This document shows, one piece after another, positions 26,161-41,100 of a stretch of 64,000 nucleotides of DNA. The translations under genes and the position numbers were made by a program. How positions within the stretch are numbered: position 1 is the stretch's first letter; every line of letters begins with the position of its first letter. The DNA lies in NCBI GenBank assembly GCA_964057225.1, contig OZ059894.1, forward strand, positions 5,766,001 through 5,830,000, read 5' to 3'. The notes under the pieces were generated by a model. The model was not told the DNA's origin. It was given only the letters and a program-made list of their open reading frames with translations, and ran no database searches. This DNA comes from Auanema rhodensis. Lineage: Eukaryota > Animalia > Nematoda.

Positions 26161-26166
26161 CTGAAA
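26161..26166 (-). promoter_or_regulatory. TTTCAG acceptor (likely SL trans-splice site) of the distal innexin exon
   Basis: The minus strand reads ATGATTTCAG|CAAAGG-ATG; this is the nematode consensus acceptor directly ahead of the start codon. Confidence 0.6.
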
Positions 26167-26674
26167 TCATCATTAAATTTTATGCCTTCAGTCATATTTT
26201 AACAATGAAATATAGAAAGAAACTAATAATCAATGCTAATGAGAAAAAAAAGAAACTGAAAAACTTCTGGTTACATGAAGTTTGTTATAGAAAATGCATA
26301 TTTAATCTCATATAGTACATGTACATAATTATATAAAAAACAAATAAATAAAAAGTTTAAATCAAATGTTTTACAAGCTTTTTTCATAAATTGCTACACT
26401 ATATTATATAGTTAAGTGTATTATTCATAACTAATACCAAGGTCAAACTAGGAGAGGAGAGAATGGAAAGTTTTAAAGTGCTCTGTCCACTTCTCTCCCT
26501 ATTTAGGTGAGTGCTAGTTAGCGGAAAGGATTAAGCTCAACAAGTGCACACCGGAAATGATAATTGTTACCATATAACAGCTATTGAGAAGTTTGAAGAA
26601 GATGAGACAAAAATAAGTAACGAAAGAAACTTTAAACATAAATAAAGATTGATTTATTAACAGTACACAGATGA

Positions 26675-26700
26675 AGAGAGAGAGAGAGAGAGAAAGAGAT
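26675..26700. repeat. (GA)n microsatellite
   Basis: Seen directly. Confidence 0.85.
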
Positions 26701-29700
26701 AAAGATTAGAAATAACTTGTGAAGTAGACAATAGTTATAGGAATAATAATTGAGTAGAAATTATAAATTTTATGATATAGTTTATTGAAAATGAGTAATT
26801 TTTTGAATAATTTCTCTAAAAAGAACATGAAGATGACACTAAGAAGAAATAAAACAAACTGGTTCCTCCCTATTAAATGTTTTAAGTATAAATCTAATAG
26901 GGAAAAAAATATTTCCACTATTGATTTTGAAGATGAGTTTTCCAGTATTTTTGATCTTTATTTACATTTTAAAAGTTAGACAGATGTAAAATCAAAAGAG
27001 AAAGTAAGAGAGGGTAAGACTAAGTCAAAACGTATGTCTTTGTGTGTGTGTGTGAGAGACAGAGAGATGGAGAGTCGAAACTGTAGAAAATTCTTAGAAC
27101 TTTAGAACAGTACGTTCACTAACAATAATGAAACTCCAGCGTCGGTTAAGGCAATAAGAAAATTTTTTATTTAAAATGGATAATCTTTTGGAAAAGAGGA
27201 AACTTGCCAAGATTTTGAAAGAAAATAAGAGAAGAAGACAAGATAAGCAGGGTGAGTCACCAGTTCCTTTTGTAAGCAAAAGAAAGTTTTATTCTTAGGA
27301 ATTGTAAATGAATAAGAAAGACATATATGTATATATGTATACAGAAAGATAAAAGAGAATGAGATATTGAGTGTAGATATACAGGAAGATAAAAAGAGAA
27401 ATTTGAGAGAATTAGAGTTAGATGAAAAGATAAGTAGATAATGAAAAAGTTGAAGGTATAATTGGATGGGAAACTTAAATATATTAACATATAGTTGGAA
27501 CAATATTCATTTTGTATATGATTTGTAGAGAGAAATATTATTATACAATGATATTGATCGTGAAAAGAAAATCTATATTCTTTTCAAATTTTTATAGATC
27601 ACAGAGCTTGACAAAGAAAGATTTTCAGAGAGAAAATGAAATATTACAGTGATAAAGAGAAACTGAGTGGTTTGCTCTTCAAAATCTTTAGGAAACTATG
27701 ACCATTAATATCATTGTTTTCTCTTGTAATTAAGCTGATTCAACAATACAGTATTTACTTTTCCTTATTCAAAACAGATTTGAAATATAGATGAATTATC
27801 TATTTTCCACAAGTTTCAGTTTGAATATCAATTTCCAACATTTAAAATTATTTCTTTCATCCGTGATGTAAAAAAATGTTTTTTTTTCAAGAATATTTTC
27901 CAAGTACAACTGCATTATACGTTGGTATGATTCTAAGTATAGAACAGCCAGTTCATTTGCACGAATATAACTTTCTGAAAAACGAAAACGAACACGAAAA
28001 TAATAATCTTTCTTGTCGTTGTTTCCTCATAACCTATATATTTTTCGTCACTACACCTATTAAATATTTTGAATTTTACAATTTCAAGAAGAACTAACAT
28101 GTATTTTGCAACTTTTCGTATTACTATCGTTCTGTTTCTCAAAATGTTTTACAATTGCTTCTAGACATTCCACCTTCCCTCACTTACTCATAATTCTTGC
28201 CATCATCATGTTTTCTTTTCTTCTTCTTTTTTCTTCATATTTTTTTCTTTTTTCTTTCTTCTGATTTTTTCTCACAGATCCTACTTCATCACTCAAATCA
28301 TAGTGCTTTTTTAGTTTCTCTTCCAAGTTATTCTTTTCAGTCTTTCTTTTTTTTATTTTTTAAAAATGATTTTGAATTTGTTGAAAAACCACCCAACTTA
28401 AATACCAAACGAAACATTGAATACTTTGTTCATGAACGTTGGAGTATTATATCTCGATTGTGAGCCCATAATTCGATTAGAAAATTGAAAAAGTTGTAAA
28501 CAAAAAGAAAGGCAGATTAATTCTTTATTTAGATGCTAAATCTCTAACTTGTTTGGTAATAACAATTTTCTTTCGCTTTTTATTTTTATTCCACTCAAGT
28601 TGAGCATACTTAACTCCTACTATTCTTTAAATATTTTTGAGAAACATTTTGCAACATTCCACCATTTTTGTTTCTAGAATTGAATCAAATTCAAAAAAAA
28701 ATTGAAACGTTTAGTTTTTCACTTCACACAGACACAAACATACAAACGTTCCATATTCCTTTCTTTTCAATGGAAAACAACAGAACTAAAAACCTTTCAG
28801 TTAGAGATTAATGTTCCTCTAGTGAACACATAAATTAACTTGCCAGCTAAGAATGTTAGTTTGCGTAGATAACTGCCTTTTTAACATTTTCTTTGTGAGA
28901 CTTTTATTAGTTTTGCAGCATTAAAAATCCAAGCTTCGCCTATTTTCTTAGAAGAAATTCAATATAAGTACTAGAAACTTCAATTTTCTTTCATTTCTGA
29001 CTCTTATTTCTGCCTTATTTTGAGATAAAAAGTTCAAAAATTAAAGAAGAGAAGTTTCTTTTATAGAGATGTTCGATTGCTAATGTCTTTGAGGTTTTTA
29101 TTCTCTAGTGTATTACATAAATCATCTAGATGTACATCCTCTAATGGCTGAATTGTATCTAAACTTTGAGCTACTAAAAGCACAATATCGCCTTGACTAA
29201 CTATAAGTTGTTACCCTTTCTGACTTCCAATAATTGTTTCTTCGGACAATTATAAAGCTAGACAATTTCAAAACTTCAATTACTTTATATACTCAACAGT
29301 ATAACTAGAATCGGCAAAAAAAATGAAATGAAAAGCCTTATTCATTCAGTTCTCTTGTTTATTTTAACGAATTTGCAATAATAGACATTTATATAAGATA
29401 CGTATTCATTTTTTTCTACAGTGTATTTTTTAAAATTTTTAATTTTTCAAAAAATGTTTTTTTAAATATCTTGAAAATCACCGGAATAGAAAATATTCTA
29501 GAGAGAGATTGAGCCACAACATATCTGAGAGAGAGAGAAAACTATTAGTGATCGACAGCTCATAATAGAAAGTCAAGATTGAAATTCATGAACGGAAATG
29601 AATTCGTTTTTTGCTATATTTTGTCTGTTATTACCATTTTTCATATTGTTGCTTATTGTTTTTCTACTTCAAAATCGACAATATGATATACGCCAAGCCC

Positions 29701-32700
29701 ACTCAAAGTTTCAACAACAAGACCCGAATATGATCATTAAAGCTGATTTTTCTAATTTTTTTTTAATTTTTAGAAGAAAAGCTAAAAATAATTTTATTTA
29801 TTTTTAAAAAATATACTTTTGTTTATTTTGATTTTCTATTAACAAGAAACATATTAGTATATTTCGTTTTGTATCTTATAGAGCATGGTTCACTTTCTTT
29901 TACATATATAATACATATGTATGTATATAATATATTTATTTTATGAAAACACATGAACGGTTTGTATTTCATCGTGTCAATCATTTCTCTTCATACTCGT
30001 ATTTGTGCACAAAATAGTTTATTTTACTACAAAAACATTTTTTTTTATTATTTTTTCTCTGGCAGACGGATGAACACTATAAAAGGATTAAATAACAAAA
30101 CAAATACAAAAATTCAACCATCAACCCATTAATTATAATAATAGTTAAAATAATTATTTTTTTAATTTTGTGAGTCATAAATAGAAATTCTTGAATATTA
30201 TCAAAAATTTTTAATTTTTTTCCTACGTGCACATGTGTAAGAATACTTAATATATACAAACCAATACTTTTACCAGATGCTACTCTATCTTGATTCGTTG
30301 CATTCATCCTATTTATTTATTTTATTTTTTCATTATACATCTGACGTCAAGTTTAGCTTATTGTTGATAAAAATATTCGTACCATTGATAATTAATCCAA
30401 CTATATGTATATCATTTATGCTTTCAACTATACATTAAGAAGTTTTCATAACGCTTCTCTTAACGTTTATGTTTCCATAAGATGTCCATTTTTTACATAT
30501 TTTGATACAAAGCTTTGAATACTCATATTTTCTACTGTAGTTGAATCAATATTTTAAAAAATATCCCTTCTTAGCTTTTTACTTTAATTGAAAAAAGTTG
30601 AAAACTTAATATGTAACAGAGTTTTGTTCTGAATTCTTTTCACAATTTCTATTTTTGAATAAACAATAACCATATTATACTATAAATATATAGTATATAT
30701 TGTGTGAAAAACATTTCAAAAATGTTCGTAAATAATTGAGAAAACAAAGAAGCAAAGTTGACAAGCTAGAAGTCGTGTAGTCGTTCCTATAATTATAGCT
30801 CAAAAATTTTTTTTGTTAGGTCTTCTGCTTATGGCACAATATTGTGACTCAAATCCGATATGTTCTTCAGAAATTTGAGATTTGTCGTCCGTTGTGTGAA
30901 GGCTATTGTTCTGAAATTCGAGAGGCAGGTGCGAAGTTTACTGACTTCGACACATTTTTAACTTATATTAGATAATGCTGTCTAGTCGGTGTTGAAGTCT
31001 CGGTTTTTTTTTCTGCGGAACATAGTCAAGTAAAATTGTAAAAGACAAGACAATTATATTGAATTACATTCCCTTTTTCTTTTTTTTTTCAACTTTTTTT
31101 GGGCTTAATTAATTGGATTATATTTATGATCGGAGGTTATGAATGAAAAAATGTTTGAGCTGCATGCATTACCACATCGGAATGAGGATAGTGAAGAAAT
31201 TTCTGTGCAGTCTACTAGAAGGTTGAAGGCAACATCCGTTTGCTACTCAGAATGCTCAATCGTGCGATACATGGAGTATAAGAACTTGTAATAGTGAAAT
31301 AAGGAGAGATAGAGAGATAGAATGGTATATAAAAGATACAAAAAGAGTAAAAACAAGTTATACATAAGAATCTCTGAGAGAGAAAGAGAGAAAGAAAGAG
31401 GGAAATTTCAAAAGAGATATAGCGACAACAAAGGAAAAAGTTTTAAAGTTTGTGATTTTTAAGCATTGAAATTTAGATATTTTTTAACGCAATTTATTCA
31501 AGCTCATATCTCAAAAACTCAGTTTTTTTTGCAGTTTGCTTTCATTTTTTTCTGGTTTTATAACAATTTTTAAATCTCATTTTCTCAAAGTTTCTCTCAC
31601 AAAATCTCTCATTGTCTGTCTCTTTCAAACTTCTTCAATCTGTATCAGAGAGAGAAAGAGGGTAAGGATCAGTCAAACATTGTATGACAAGTGCTCCCTT
31701 CGGTCTTCATTTTTCTGCCTCATTTCTCAAACTATCTCTTCAATTCTATTATATTTTCATCAAAGGAAATAGTCTGTCAATACAGATAGCAATATACCGC
31801 CCGTCAAATTGCCCTTCACAACGTTCTTCATAATTTTGCTAATCTTTATAATAGTTCATCTTTATATTGATCTATGATTACTGAATATCTGAATATGAAA
31901 CCAGTTGATTTATTTCATCAATTACTAGTGAATTATCTAACCACAAGTCAGCAATATCTTCTTGACTAATTGATCAAACTATAAGCCTTGGCAACTGAAT
32001 ATCTTCAGAAGTCTACCAATCTTTCTCTTTTTTTCATTTTCTACTGATAACTCTCTATCTCTATATTCAGTGGTGGTTATTTTGAATTTTCACTCATATT
32101 ATAATCAATTCTGTTATCAACTTTTCAACAATTTCAAGATTTTTTTTGTTGTTGAATATGCTCGAAGAAAAATAACTTCGATATCTTTAATCTACTCAAG
32201 TTTTGTATTCTCACACATGAAATTCATAATTTTCGTCTGAGTATTGCTCAATATCAAAAGAATATAAACTCTTTCTCTTTCAAAATTTCTACATATATAC
32301 AAGTTTTTTGTTCCGCCTCCCCCCACACCCTGAAGCATTTCTTTTGCTACCCCGCAATCGGGGCTCTTTGGCATTTTTCTAGCCTTTAGCTGACTTGCGA
32401 GGTTTATCTTGGTCTTTAATTTCTTTTTTTCCTTTAACCTATGCTCCCCAAGTACTGCGAGTTCTCACACGAGCTTTATACATTATTCCTAAGATGCAAT
32501 GCCAACTGAACTGTTCTCACTTCCAAAGCTCTTCTCACCTCCCTCTCTTATTCCGTTTCTATCCCTCATATTGTATTGTTTCGTCTTACTTTCTCGTTGG
32601 CCACTGTCTGAAACAGCTAGTATTACTATTTCCATATTGCTTCCTCATATTATGCTTTTCACAATTCTCTATCCATGTGTCCCCCTTTTTATATCTTAAT

Positions 32701-34507
32701 TTTCTCTTTACTCTATCAATTTTTCTCATATGTCTATTCAACCTCCTTTGGAACTCTTTCCAATCGGCGACCTCTCATTTCCTTTTCTCGTTTTCTCAAG
32801 CAAACTAGGAAATAGCATAAGCATCCAATAGATTTGAATTTCGAATTTGAATAGAGTAATAATAGCGTGTGGACCCTCAGGCTACTGATGACCAGATATT
32901 AGTCTCTCACTCTCTCGTTTTCTTCTTCCCTCAGTCTTTCTCGCATTTCTTTATCCTTCCTTTTTATGTCTCCTGTTCTATAGAGCACGATAGAACGACA
33001 TAGACAACTGCCAGAGCTTGAGATTGAAGCACAAAAATACTCCCAAAGTTTGTGTTCTAAAGCGAAAAATATTTATTATACTTATTATATATTATATAAT
33101 GCTCTAACCATCTTATTTCTACTTTAAAACAAATAAGTTAATTATTTTTAAATATATATTCTACAATTTTACTTTGCCACATAATGATTTACTGTAATAA
33201 TGTAAGAGATTTCTGATTAATGTTCGAATAATCCGTTAAAGTTACCAACTTGCTTTTTCCTGTAATCACACGATTTTTACTCGTCGTTTTTCTTTTACTT
33301 CTGCTTCATCACCACCTACTTCTCATTCCTACTCCTCCTCCTTATTATCCTTCCCTATTCACTTTCACCCACTCCTTCTCTCCCACTCACTGACTCTTTT
33401 AATTTCTTTTTCCCGACTTTCGAAATTTTGAACTTTTTATTCACATCAGCCGAAAATCATTGACATCTTTTCCCCTTGTTCATAAGATTATGATGACTTA
33501 TAAGCATAATTATTAAGTCAATTTATGGCTTTTTGATATATGTGACGCTTAGAATCGTATGAAATTTTTGTCATTGCGGCAGAAATATTTGTCAACCTCA
33601 TTGGATGTTTGCCTTCCTTGAACAAGTGGGTCTTTCCCATTATTTAATGATTGTTCCCAAAATAATTTAACTTTATTCAACCAATTGATGTGAATTATCG
33701 ACTTCCTTTTTCAATAAAAAACATTTTTTCCTGCTATAAGATTTTCATCAAGAAAAGTTTTTTTTTGCGTTGGGGGAACTCATCCGTATGTATGTATTAA
33801 GCTTGTTTTTCAAGCCTGATCACAGATGCTTTGATGCTTGTAAGCGAGGCAATGCTTTGAAGTATACTTAAGAATCTTAGTCACTCCGAATAATTTAATT
33901 TTGTAGTGTCGCTTAGACAACAAAGAATTCAGAAATTTCAATTTCTGTTCCTTATGTGACACGATATAGAGATATAGAGAATAAGATGAGATGAGAGGCA
34001 GACAGCTTTTAGTTTCTTTTTCACAGCCATGTGTCCAAATAATTTCATTTTTTTTCTCATTTATGCCCTAAAAATGCAAATTTGTCCGAAAATAACATAA
34101 AGAACCAAAATAAATTTTAACTGTTTTGTTTGGTTCGTAGGTTTTACAGAGCGCGTCAGGCTCATTTGCGAATACCAAACGTTCTCATCCACACGAGCTT
34201 GTCTAATCAGAACAACGCAAACTGTTTCGAAAAAACGGTCCCATTGTCAATCACACATAGTATATGTATGTTGCCCAAATACAAATCGTCTATCTCTCTA
34301 TTTCTTTTATATTAGAAATCGAAGAGAATTTGTATTCAGTTTAATCTTTCTATGATATGTATTTCTCCACGTGAGATACTGCAAGAAGGAAATTTGAGAG
34401 AATGCGTTGAAGTGCAGGAAGAGAAAAAGCTCACGAAAACAGCCATTACATATCCCGCCTTTTGCATTTGGATATATGGGGGCAAGCGTTCATTTCATCA
34501 TTTGCTC

Positions 34508-34510
<3 letters not shown>

Positions 34511-34564
<54 letters not shown>
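34511..34564. repeat. (AT)27 microsatellite
   Basis: Perfect AT dinucleotide run; it produces the spurious YIYIYI ORFs in the track. Confidence 0.95.
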
Positions 34565-34566
<2 letters not shown>

Positions 34567-35048
34567 CTTTATTTCTCTATATAGATCTATTAAATTGTTG
34601 CTTTTTTCCGGGCTATAAAGTCTATTTTACATTCGTTTTCTTTTTTTTCTGATTTTTCAGTTGTAGAACATGAGCTACATATTCCATATTACTCAAATCA
34701 ATTACTATTTATTGGAAATAAATTTTAGATCTTCTTCAGTTGTTTTCTTTATGTTGTCATAACTTTATTGTCGCTTTTTGCAAAAAAAAATATTTTTTTT
34801 TGCCACATTTTTAATAGAAATATCTTTTATAATTTATGTAAGCAGTCACCCACTTTAGTCTCAATGCTGTGTATATTGTGGCTATTTTGAATTTTTTTGT
34901 CTGCAGAAACAAGCTTTTTGTAATTAATTAGACGGCTTTTTTTTTACCACAATTGTGATGCAGATCTAAATTAGAGGAGCGAGTGTGTCAGAGCATTATA
35001 GTAAATCAATCAGCTGCTCTACGAGATCTTTTTTTCTAATTCCATAGC

Positions 35049-35130
35049 CATCCTCATCATCCTCATCATCCTCATCATCATCCTCATCATCATCCTCATC
35101 ATCATCATCATCATCATCATTCTCATCATC
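35049..35130. repeat. Compound (CAT)n/(CCT) trinucleotide microsatellite
   Basis: catcctcatcatcctcatcat... seen directly. Confidence 0.9.
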
Positions 35131-38100
35131 GTCTCTTTTTCAATATTTGGATGAGTATTCTACTATTTGATCAAACCTTCAATTCTATATCATTTTTCAC
35201 ACAAAACTTTCTATCTATTTCTACTTTATGAAATACATTATGATTGAGATGTGAAAAGAAAAATGGAAATGTAGACATTAGGTCTGAAAGAAAATAATGA
35301 TCCTTTGATGCTCCTCCGTTAGTACTCTTGATTATGGTGATGATGTCAATGGTTCAAGTTCTTGTCTGTTCATGTTCATGAATTTGATTAAAAAATACTT
35401 TTTTTTGCTCTCTTGCCTTGTTCTTCCTTCCAAGTATAATATTCGAGAAGAATGGTCATAGTTCGATTAATATAATGACATGATGTCAAAAATAAAGAAT
35501 CTTGAAGTAAAGATCTACATTACCATATATTCTTATATATCCAAGCTATTAGCATATCATGTTATGCACGTGATGCTACGAAGCTGCTTTTCATATAGGA
35601 TTAAAGAATAGGAACGGTTGTACCAATTCCATCATCTTGGTTCTCCACTACGACCTCATCCGAGTTCTTTTATACTCTCTCTTTCATACATCTCTTATCC
35701 GATTTCTCTCTTATTCAATCTCTTTACTACTTCTTTTCTGAATATGTAAATCCTTCATCGTTCTTTTTCTTTTTCTCTCACACCCCCACTCTCTCTCTCT
35801 TTTTCTTTTCTATTTTGCTCCTCCAAACAACATTGAAACCATCTTGTTTAGAGTTACTTAGCTATTAAGTAGTTGCATGATGATCAGAAAAAAACATACA
35901 AGCAACAACAACATTGGAATGAACTTAATGACAATTTTTCTCTCTTATCCTCTCGTTTTTTTTCAATTTTAAAGGTTGTTTCATGTTTCCCTTAAACTTT
36001 TCAATCGTCTGCAAAATAGTTCGAGCTATCTTATTGTTGTTCAGCTTTCTTCTTAGTTAGGATTTCTTAGGACGTGTCCTTGAAGAAAATATTATTGGCC
36101 AAGACTTTTCTCCTGCTCACGGAAAAAAGTAACATCCCTTTTAAAAGCAAAATAAATTAATTTTTATTTCATAAGACTGTTTGCTTGCCATATTGTGTTC
36201 TTTCTTTTTCAATTAAAACGATGATTGTACGAATTTTACTTAATTAAGTTCGTTCAACTTTTCTTAGAGTTTATTCAAACATTGGATTTTCTCTGTTTGA
36301 CCATTTCTTCGTTTTGTTTCGAATTGTTTAAACCAAAAATCAAATCATTTTTGTATTCTTTTCGAGCTTAATTTTCCATTCAAAACTGAAGATGAGTGCA
36401 AGAAACTTATCCAGAATCGAGAAGGTGTGTGAAAGTGAATACTTGAAACCTTCAAAGACTAGAAGCAAAGAATTTTTACCGCATCTTCTTTATTTCTTGA
36501 ACTCCGATTTCTATTTTCAAGAAAAAAGTTCAGTTCAATTATTTTACTATATGTTTGTTTATATGCTTTATACAATATATTTGATTATACGCGAATGAAA
36601 TTCATAATTCTTACAATACTTTCAATTAACATTTTAAAAAACTTTTGTACTCCAAATAAACTTTGAAATATTTTTTCGAAAACCAATATTTTGACAGAAT
36701 GCAAATCATTTAGAACAGCAAACTTTGATATATTTTTCTTACAATAAACGCTTCTTCTTCTCTTTTTCTTTTCTTCTTCTTTTTCTTCTTCTTTTTCTTC
36801 CAGTGAGGAGAAAAGACAACTAAAAGCTCATTTTGCCTACTTTGGTAAAACTTTAATTTTGTTTCTCTATTTCTCTTTTGTTCTCTATATATTTTTTATG
36901 ATTCGATTTTTTATTATTTCTTTGAGGCTTCCAAATATAATAACCAATAATTGAGGAATATCAGCATGAAACACTATGCTGCCTGAAAAGCTAGTAAAGA
37001 CTTTCAACACCAAGTATGACATTGTCCACCATTAAACATGAGAAGCGAAATCTTATACTTTGCCCTCATGACTCTTATGTTATTTCTTTTAATATCTTCT
37101 CTTACCAGCTTCTCCTACTTTCACAACTAAAAGCTTGGATTCATGACTGTTCTTTTAATCATCTCTATTTTTATATATTTTAAAGTAATCAGCTAAAATA
37201 TGTTGTATTATATTCAATAAATGATATAAAATAGCTGGGAAATAAGGGCATGAACCTATCATCCCCTCCCCCCTCCACAAGAACTTGAGAACCGTTGTTT
37301 TTCATCACATTCATTTTCATTTCTACAGCTATCTCCACATCTACTTTTCTTTTGAACGCCCTTTCTTTTAAACTTGTAGAATATCTTTCAGATATTGGCG
37401 TCTGTTTTCCTTCTACTTTGTCACTTGCCATCTATTTCAGTCTCTTTTCTTCGAATAACGAGAAAGTTCATTTCATAACTCTCAATATACGATTAGCACA
37501 GCTACAAATATTCAGTTCATATCAAAAAATCTGTTATTAAATCCAGATATTACGAGAAAAAGATTTTTATTGCCATGATCATAACTTCATAAGAAAAGAT
37601 ATGAGAGAAAGACGGGATGTCCCCCCTCTGAAGCACTACTACTGTCTCGTAAATCACATTCCGAAGCCTTGAAACGTTTTAGAAATAAGAATGGAAAACA
37701 TTTTATTTGAACAAGCTGCTACAACTTTAAAAAAGTCGAAAAAGATTTTAAATTTATGTTTTTCATGCGATATTTGTCCTGGCTTTACAAGAGTTTGATG
37801 AATTTTTTTTATTTATTTTTGCGAATTGTTACATGACATATAAAACTCTGTTCGTTCAAATACTTGTAGTTTTAAATTCAATCAAATCTGATAGAAAAAA
37901 TAAACTTCATTACAGGGCTACACATTACTTGGTCCTAGTAGTTTTCAAACAATAATAAGTGAAAGATAGATTTGTCTTCGCATTATAAAGAATAAACTAA
38001 AAACAGTTCAATGAAACAATTTGTTGAAAACTTGTAGTTGTATCATACTTTTGTTTATATTGTTTCAAATTTATGTTGAAACAAAAACTTTTAGAAAAAG

Positions 38101-41100
38101 CCCAAAGATAAAATAGTTGAATGAGCGCTTATTCAGCTAACTCAGATGAGACTTACGAGAAGCAAAAGAATAAAAGACAAAGAGAAAAAGCTCTTCACAT
38201 GAAACGAATGTGAAATGATACAATATTCGTGAGCTTCAAACTATTAAAATTTCGTGAATTTCATAAAATTTACAAATGTTTTTTAATGTAGACTTATCTT
38301 CTTCTTTTTTTAAATTCATCTAAGCTTGAAAAATTAACTATGTATATTTCAAAAAAAAAACGAAATTCTACATGCTTCATATAATCATTATTTATATTTT
38401 ATATCAACTAACGTATGCATTTGTTGTTTCCTATAACTATTTTGCTTCTTTTGCTTTAAAAATTTTATTATACATATACATATAGTATTATGTATGTAAT
38501 ACATAAAGAAATACATATATCTATACATAAATACGGGAAAAAATGACTTAATTAAACTTTCTTTTACTTTTTTCAAAAATTCATATAAAAATATTTGATG
38601 AAATTAAATGAGAAATGAGAAAATGTTTTTATTATTTTTATAATTTATACGATGATATGAATGATTTGTGAAAGCATGAAGTTAGAAGGGAGGAGATCAT
38701 GGAGCAATATTGAGGGAAAAATGAAATGAGACACACATCGCAGAAAAAAAAGTGTATTAGAATGTTATACGAAAATAAAATATTTTAAAGTTTAATAATG
38801 AAATTCATCACATATCAGTTTATCAATTTTGCATGTACTTAAACGTCATTTTAATTATCTTCTCACCATGTATGTATTGCTTGTAATTACTGATATTTAA
38901 TCAAACGAATTGATGATATAGTCGACACAGCTACATAGTAGGATGGCAAAGCTGTCAGTCAAAACATATTCTGAATTCCTAGCATATTATCATAATTCTT
39001 CTGGATGTTCTTGCATTTTTTTAAAAGTCTCTTATTATTTGAATATTTACAGCAAAATACATAATATATTAACTAGAAAATCTTCTAAAAATCCAATATG
39101 GTATATAACAATGGATTTTGAGACAAAAAAAATTAATTGTTTGTCATAAACTGCTTAATAATTTTCATTTCTTTATCATTATGTGGATATAATGACATCA
39201 TAACTGCGCTTTATAGTTATTCCTAGTGTTTTCTCGAACATGTGTTTCATGTTTGAGAGCAACTTATCCTTCATGCTATATCCCAACAAAAGCCATAAAT
39301 TACGACATTCCTGCATAAAGGCATATGAGTAGGATAGATTTCTATTTCTAATCTTTGTTCATTTTCTCATCATTTTGATTTAATCATTAGCAATTATTCA
39401 TCATCATCTATTGCACTTCCTATTATTTTTCGCGTCATTTTCTAATTTTAATTTTTTTGAAATACTATGAGAATTTTCTGCTTGTAATGTTTTTTTTTAT
39501 TTTTATAACATCTAATAGCATTACTATCAATATGATTACAGATTGCTTGAAGAGGAAGAATATTACATTGTCGTCGATGCCGCTACTCGTAACTGGCATG
39601 TTTTCCATTTCCTTTTATTGCTAATGTGAGAGTTTTCTCTTCACTTCATTCTCACTAGTCTCATCCTCTCTTTCATATCTCACACACCCGATATCTCACT
39701 CTCTTTTCTACTCATCTGTTCTCATCTAACAAGCCATATTTCTTAAACTCGCAGCAATTTCAACATTTAAGCGTTTTTTTCGTTAAAAATTATTAATTTT
39801 AAAATATTTTCTGTTAATTACTACATCTTTGATATTGATATTTGATATTTAAACATCTAATCTATCACCGCAACATTACTAAATCTACTTTTGAAAAAGC
39901 ATGATAAAATGCAAAAATGTAGAAATTTTCACTACCGAGCATTATCACGTAAAACTTATATATGTATATATCCAATTTTAAATGTTATGGATAGTTAAAC
40001 CTTAATCGAACGTGATTATTAACTTTAACAGGAAAAGTTGTGGCTTTAGTTTACTGAGTTCTCACAAAAAAACAGCCGTTAAAATTATTTCACTTCGCTT
40101 ATTTACATCATTTGCAAAATTTATTTGAACAGACAGAACTATGATCAGGTTCTTATTAAATTGGTTTGTTCATGTTTTGAGCTTATCTTCGTTCTTCTTT
40201 TTTATTTTCATAATTTTGAGAAATATATCCAATCTTTTCAACGTGATAACATTCAATTATGCGATTTTTAAAATATTATCTTTGCTTGGAAAAAATATAT
40301 TTAAGTGTCATTTAGATGTAAGTAGAAAACCATTTCCTCTTTTCTCTTTATCCGGCTTCTCTTAAACGTTAATGTTGCTCGAATTGGAAAGAAAATGTAT
40401 CTGAAAGGAAAATGAAAAACTGGGCAACATGTATCGAGCAAGTTGAAGCATCAGAAAGAAAAAAATGAAAAAGAGAAGAGAGGAGACGAAAAAGAAAATT
40501 AGAAAAGATAGAGAGAGAAGGTATAGACTAAAGAGATCTTATGTATACTGTTGAATCTACATTGATAATGAATGATTGCGTAATAGTAGAAAACTGAATT
40601 AAATTAGAATTTTGAATGAAATACGAAGTTTGTGATAATGAGGAAAACATTCTTTTTTTTTGGTTCAAAAACAAGAGACAATGCAACATCAATGTTTCAA
40701 TGTTATAAATATTCTTAGGTTTGTCTTGTGAATATAATAAATTTTGATTTATAAAAATTATAATTTATAATTTAAATATTATTTTTAATAATATGATTTT
40801 CTAAAAAAATTAAAAGTTTTAACAAAACTTTTATTGTAGTTCTTTCTTTTATTTAGAACTTTTGAAAAGGTCCACCTATCGATTGTATGCTTGATAACAT
40901 AAAACCATGAAGTTAAAAAAAATTGCCTAGCTTAAATGGCAAATTACGTTCATAAAATTTTCAAAATTACTTTACAACTCATTAGGCTGATCCAACAAAC
41001 CACAAAAAGTTCTAAAGGGATGACTGGGTAGATGTGATGACAACAGCTGTGTGTTACAGCAAAAAGGTTCACTGACTTGGCGACGACTGATCTTATTTAA

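Noticed and set aside
34995-35140. Minus-strand poly-Asp/Glu frame ending GYGIRKKDLVEQLIDLL*
   Set aside because: An in-frame TGA lies just upstream and there is no good acceptor; the microsatellite explains it.
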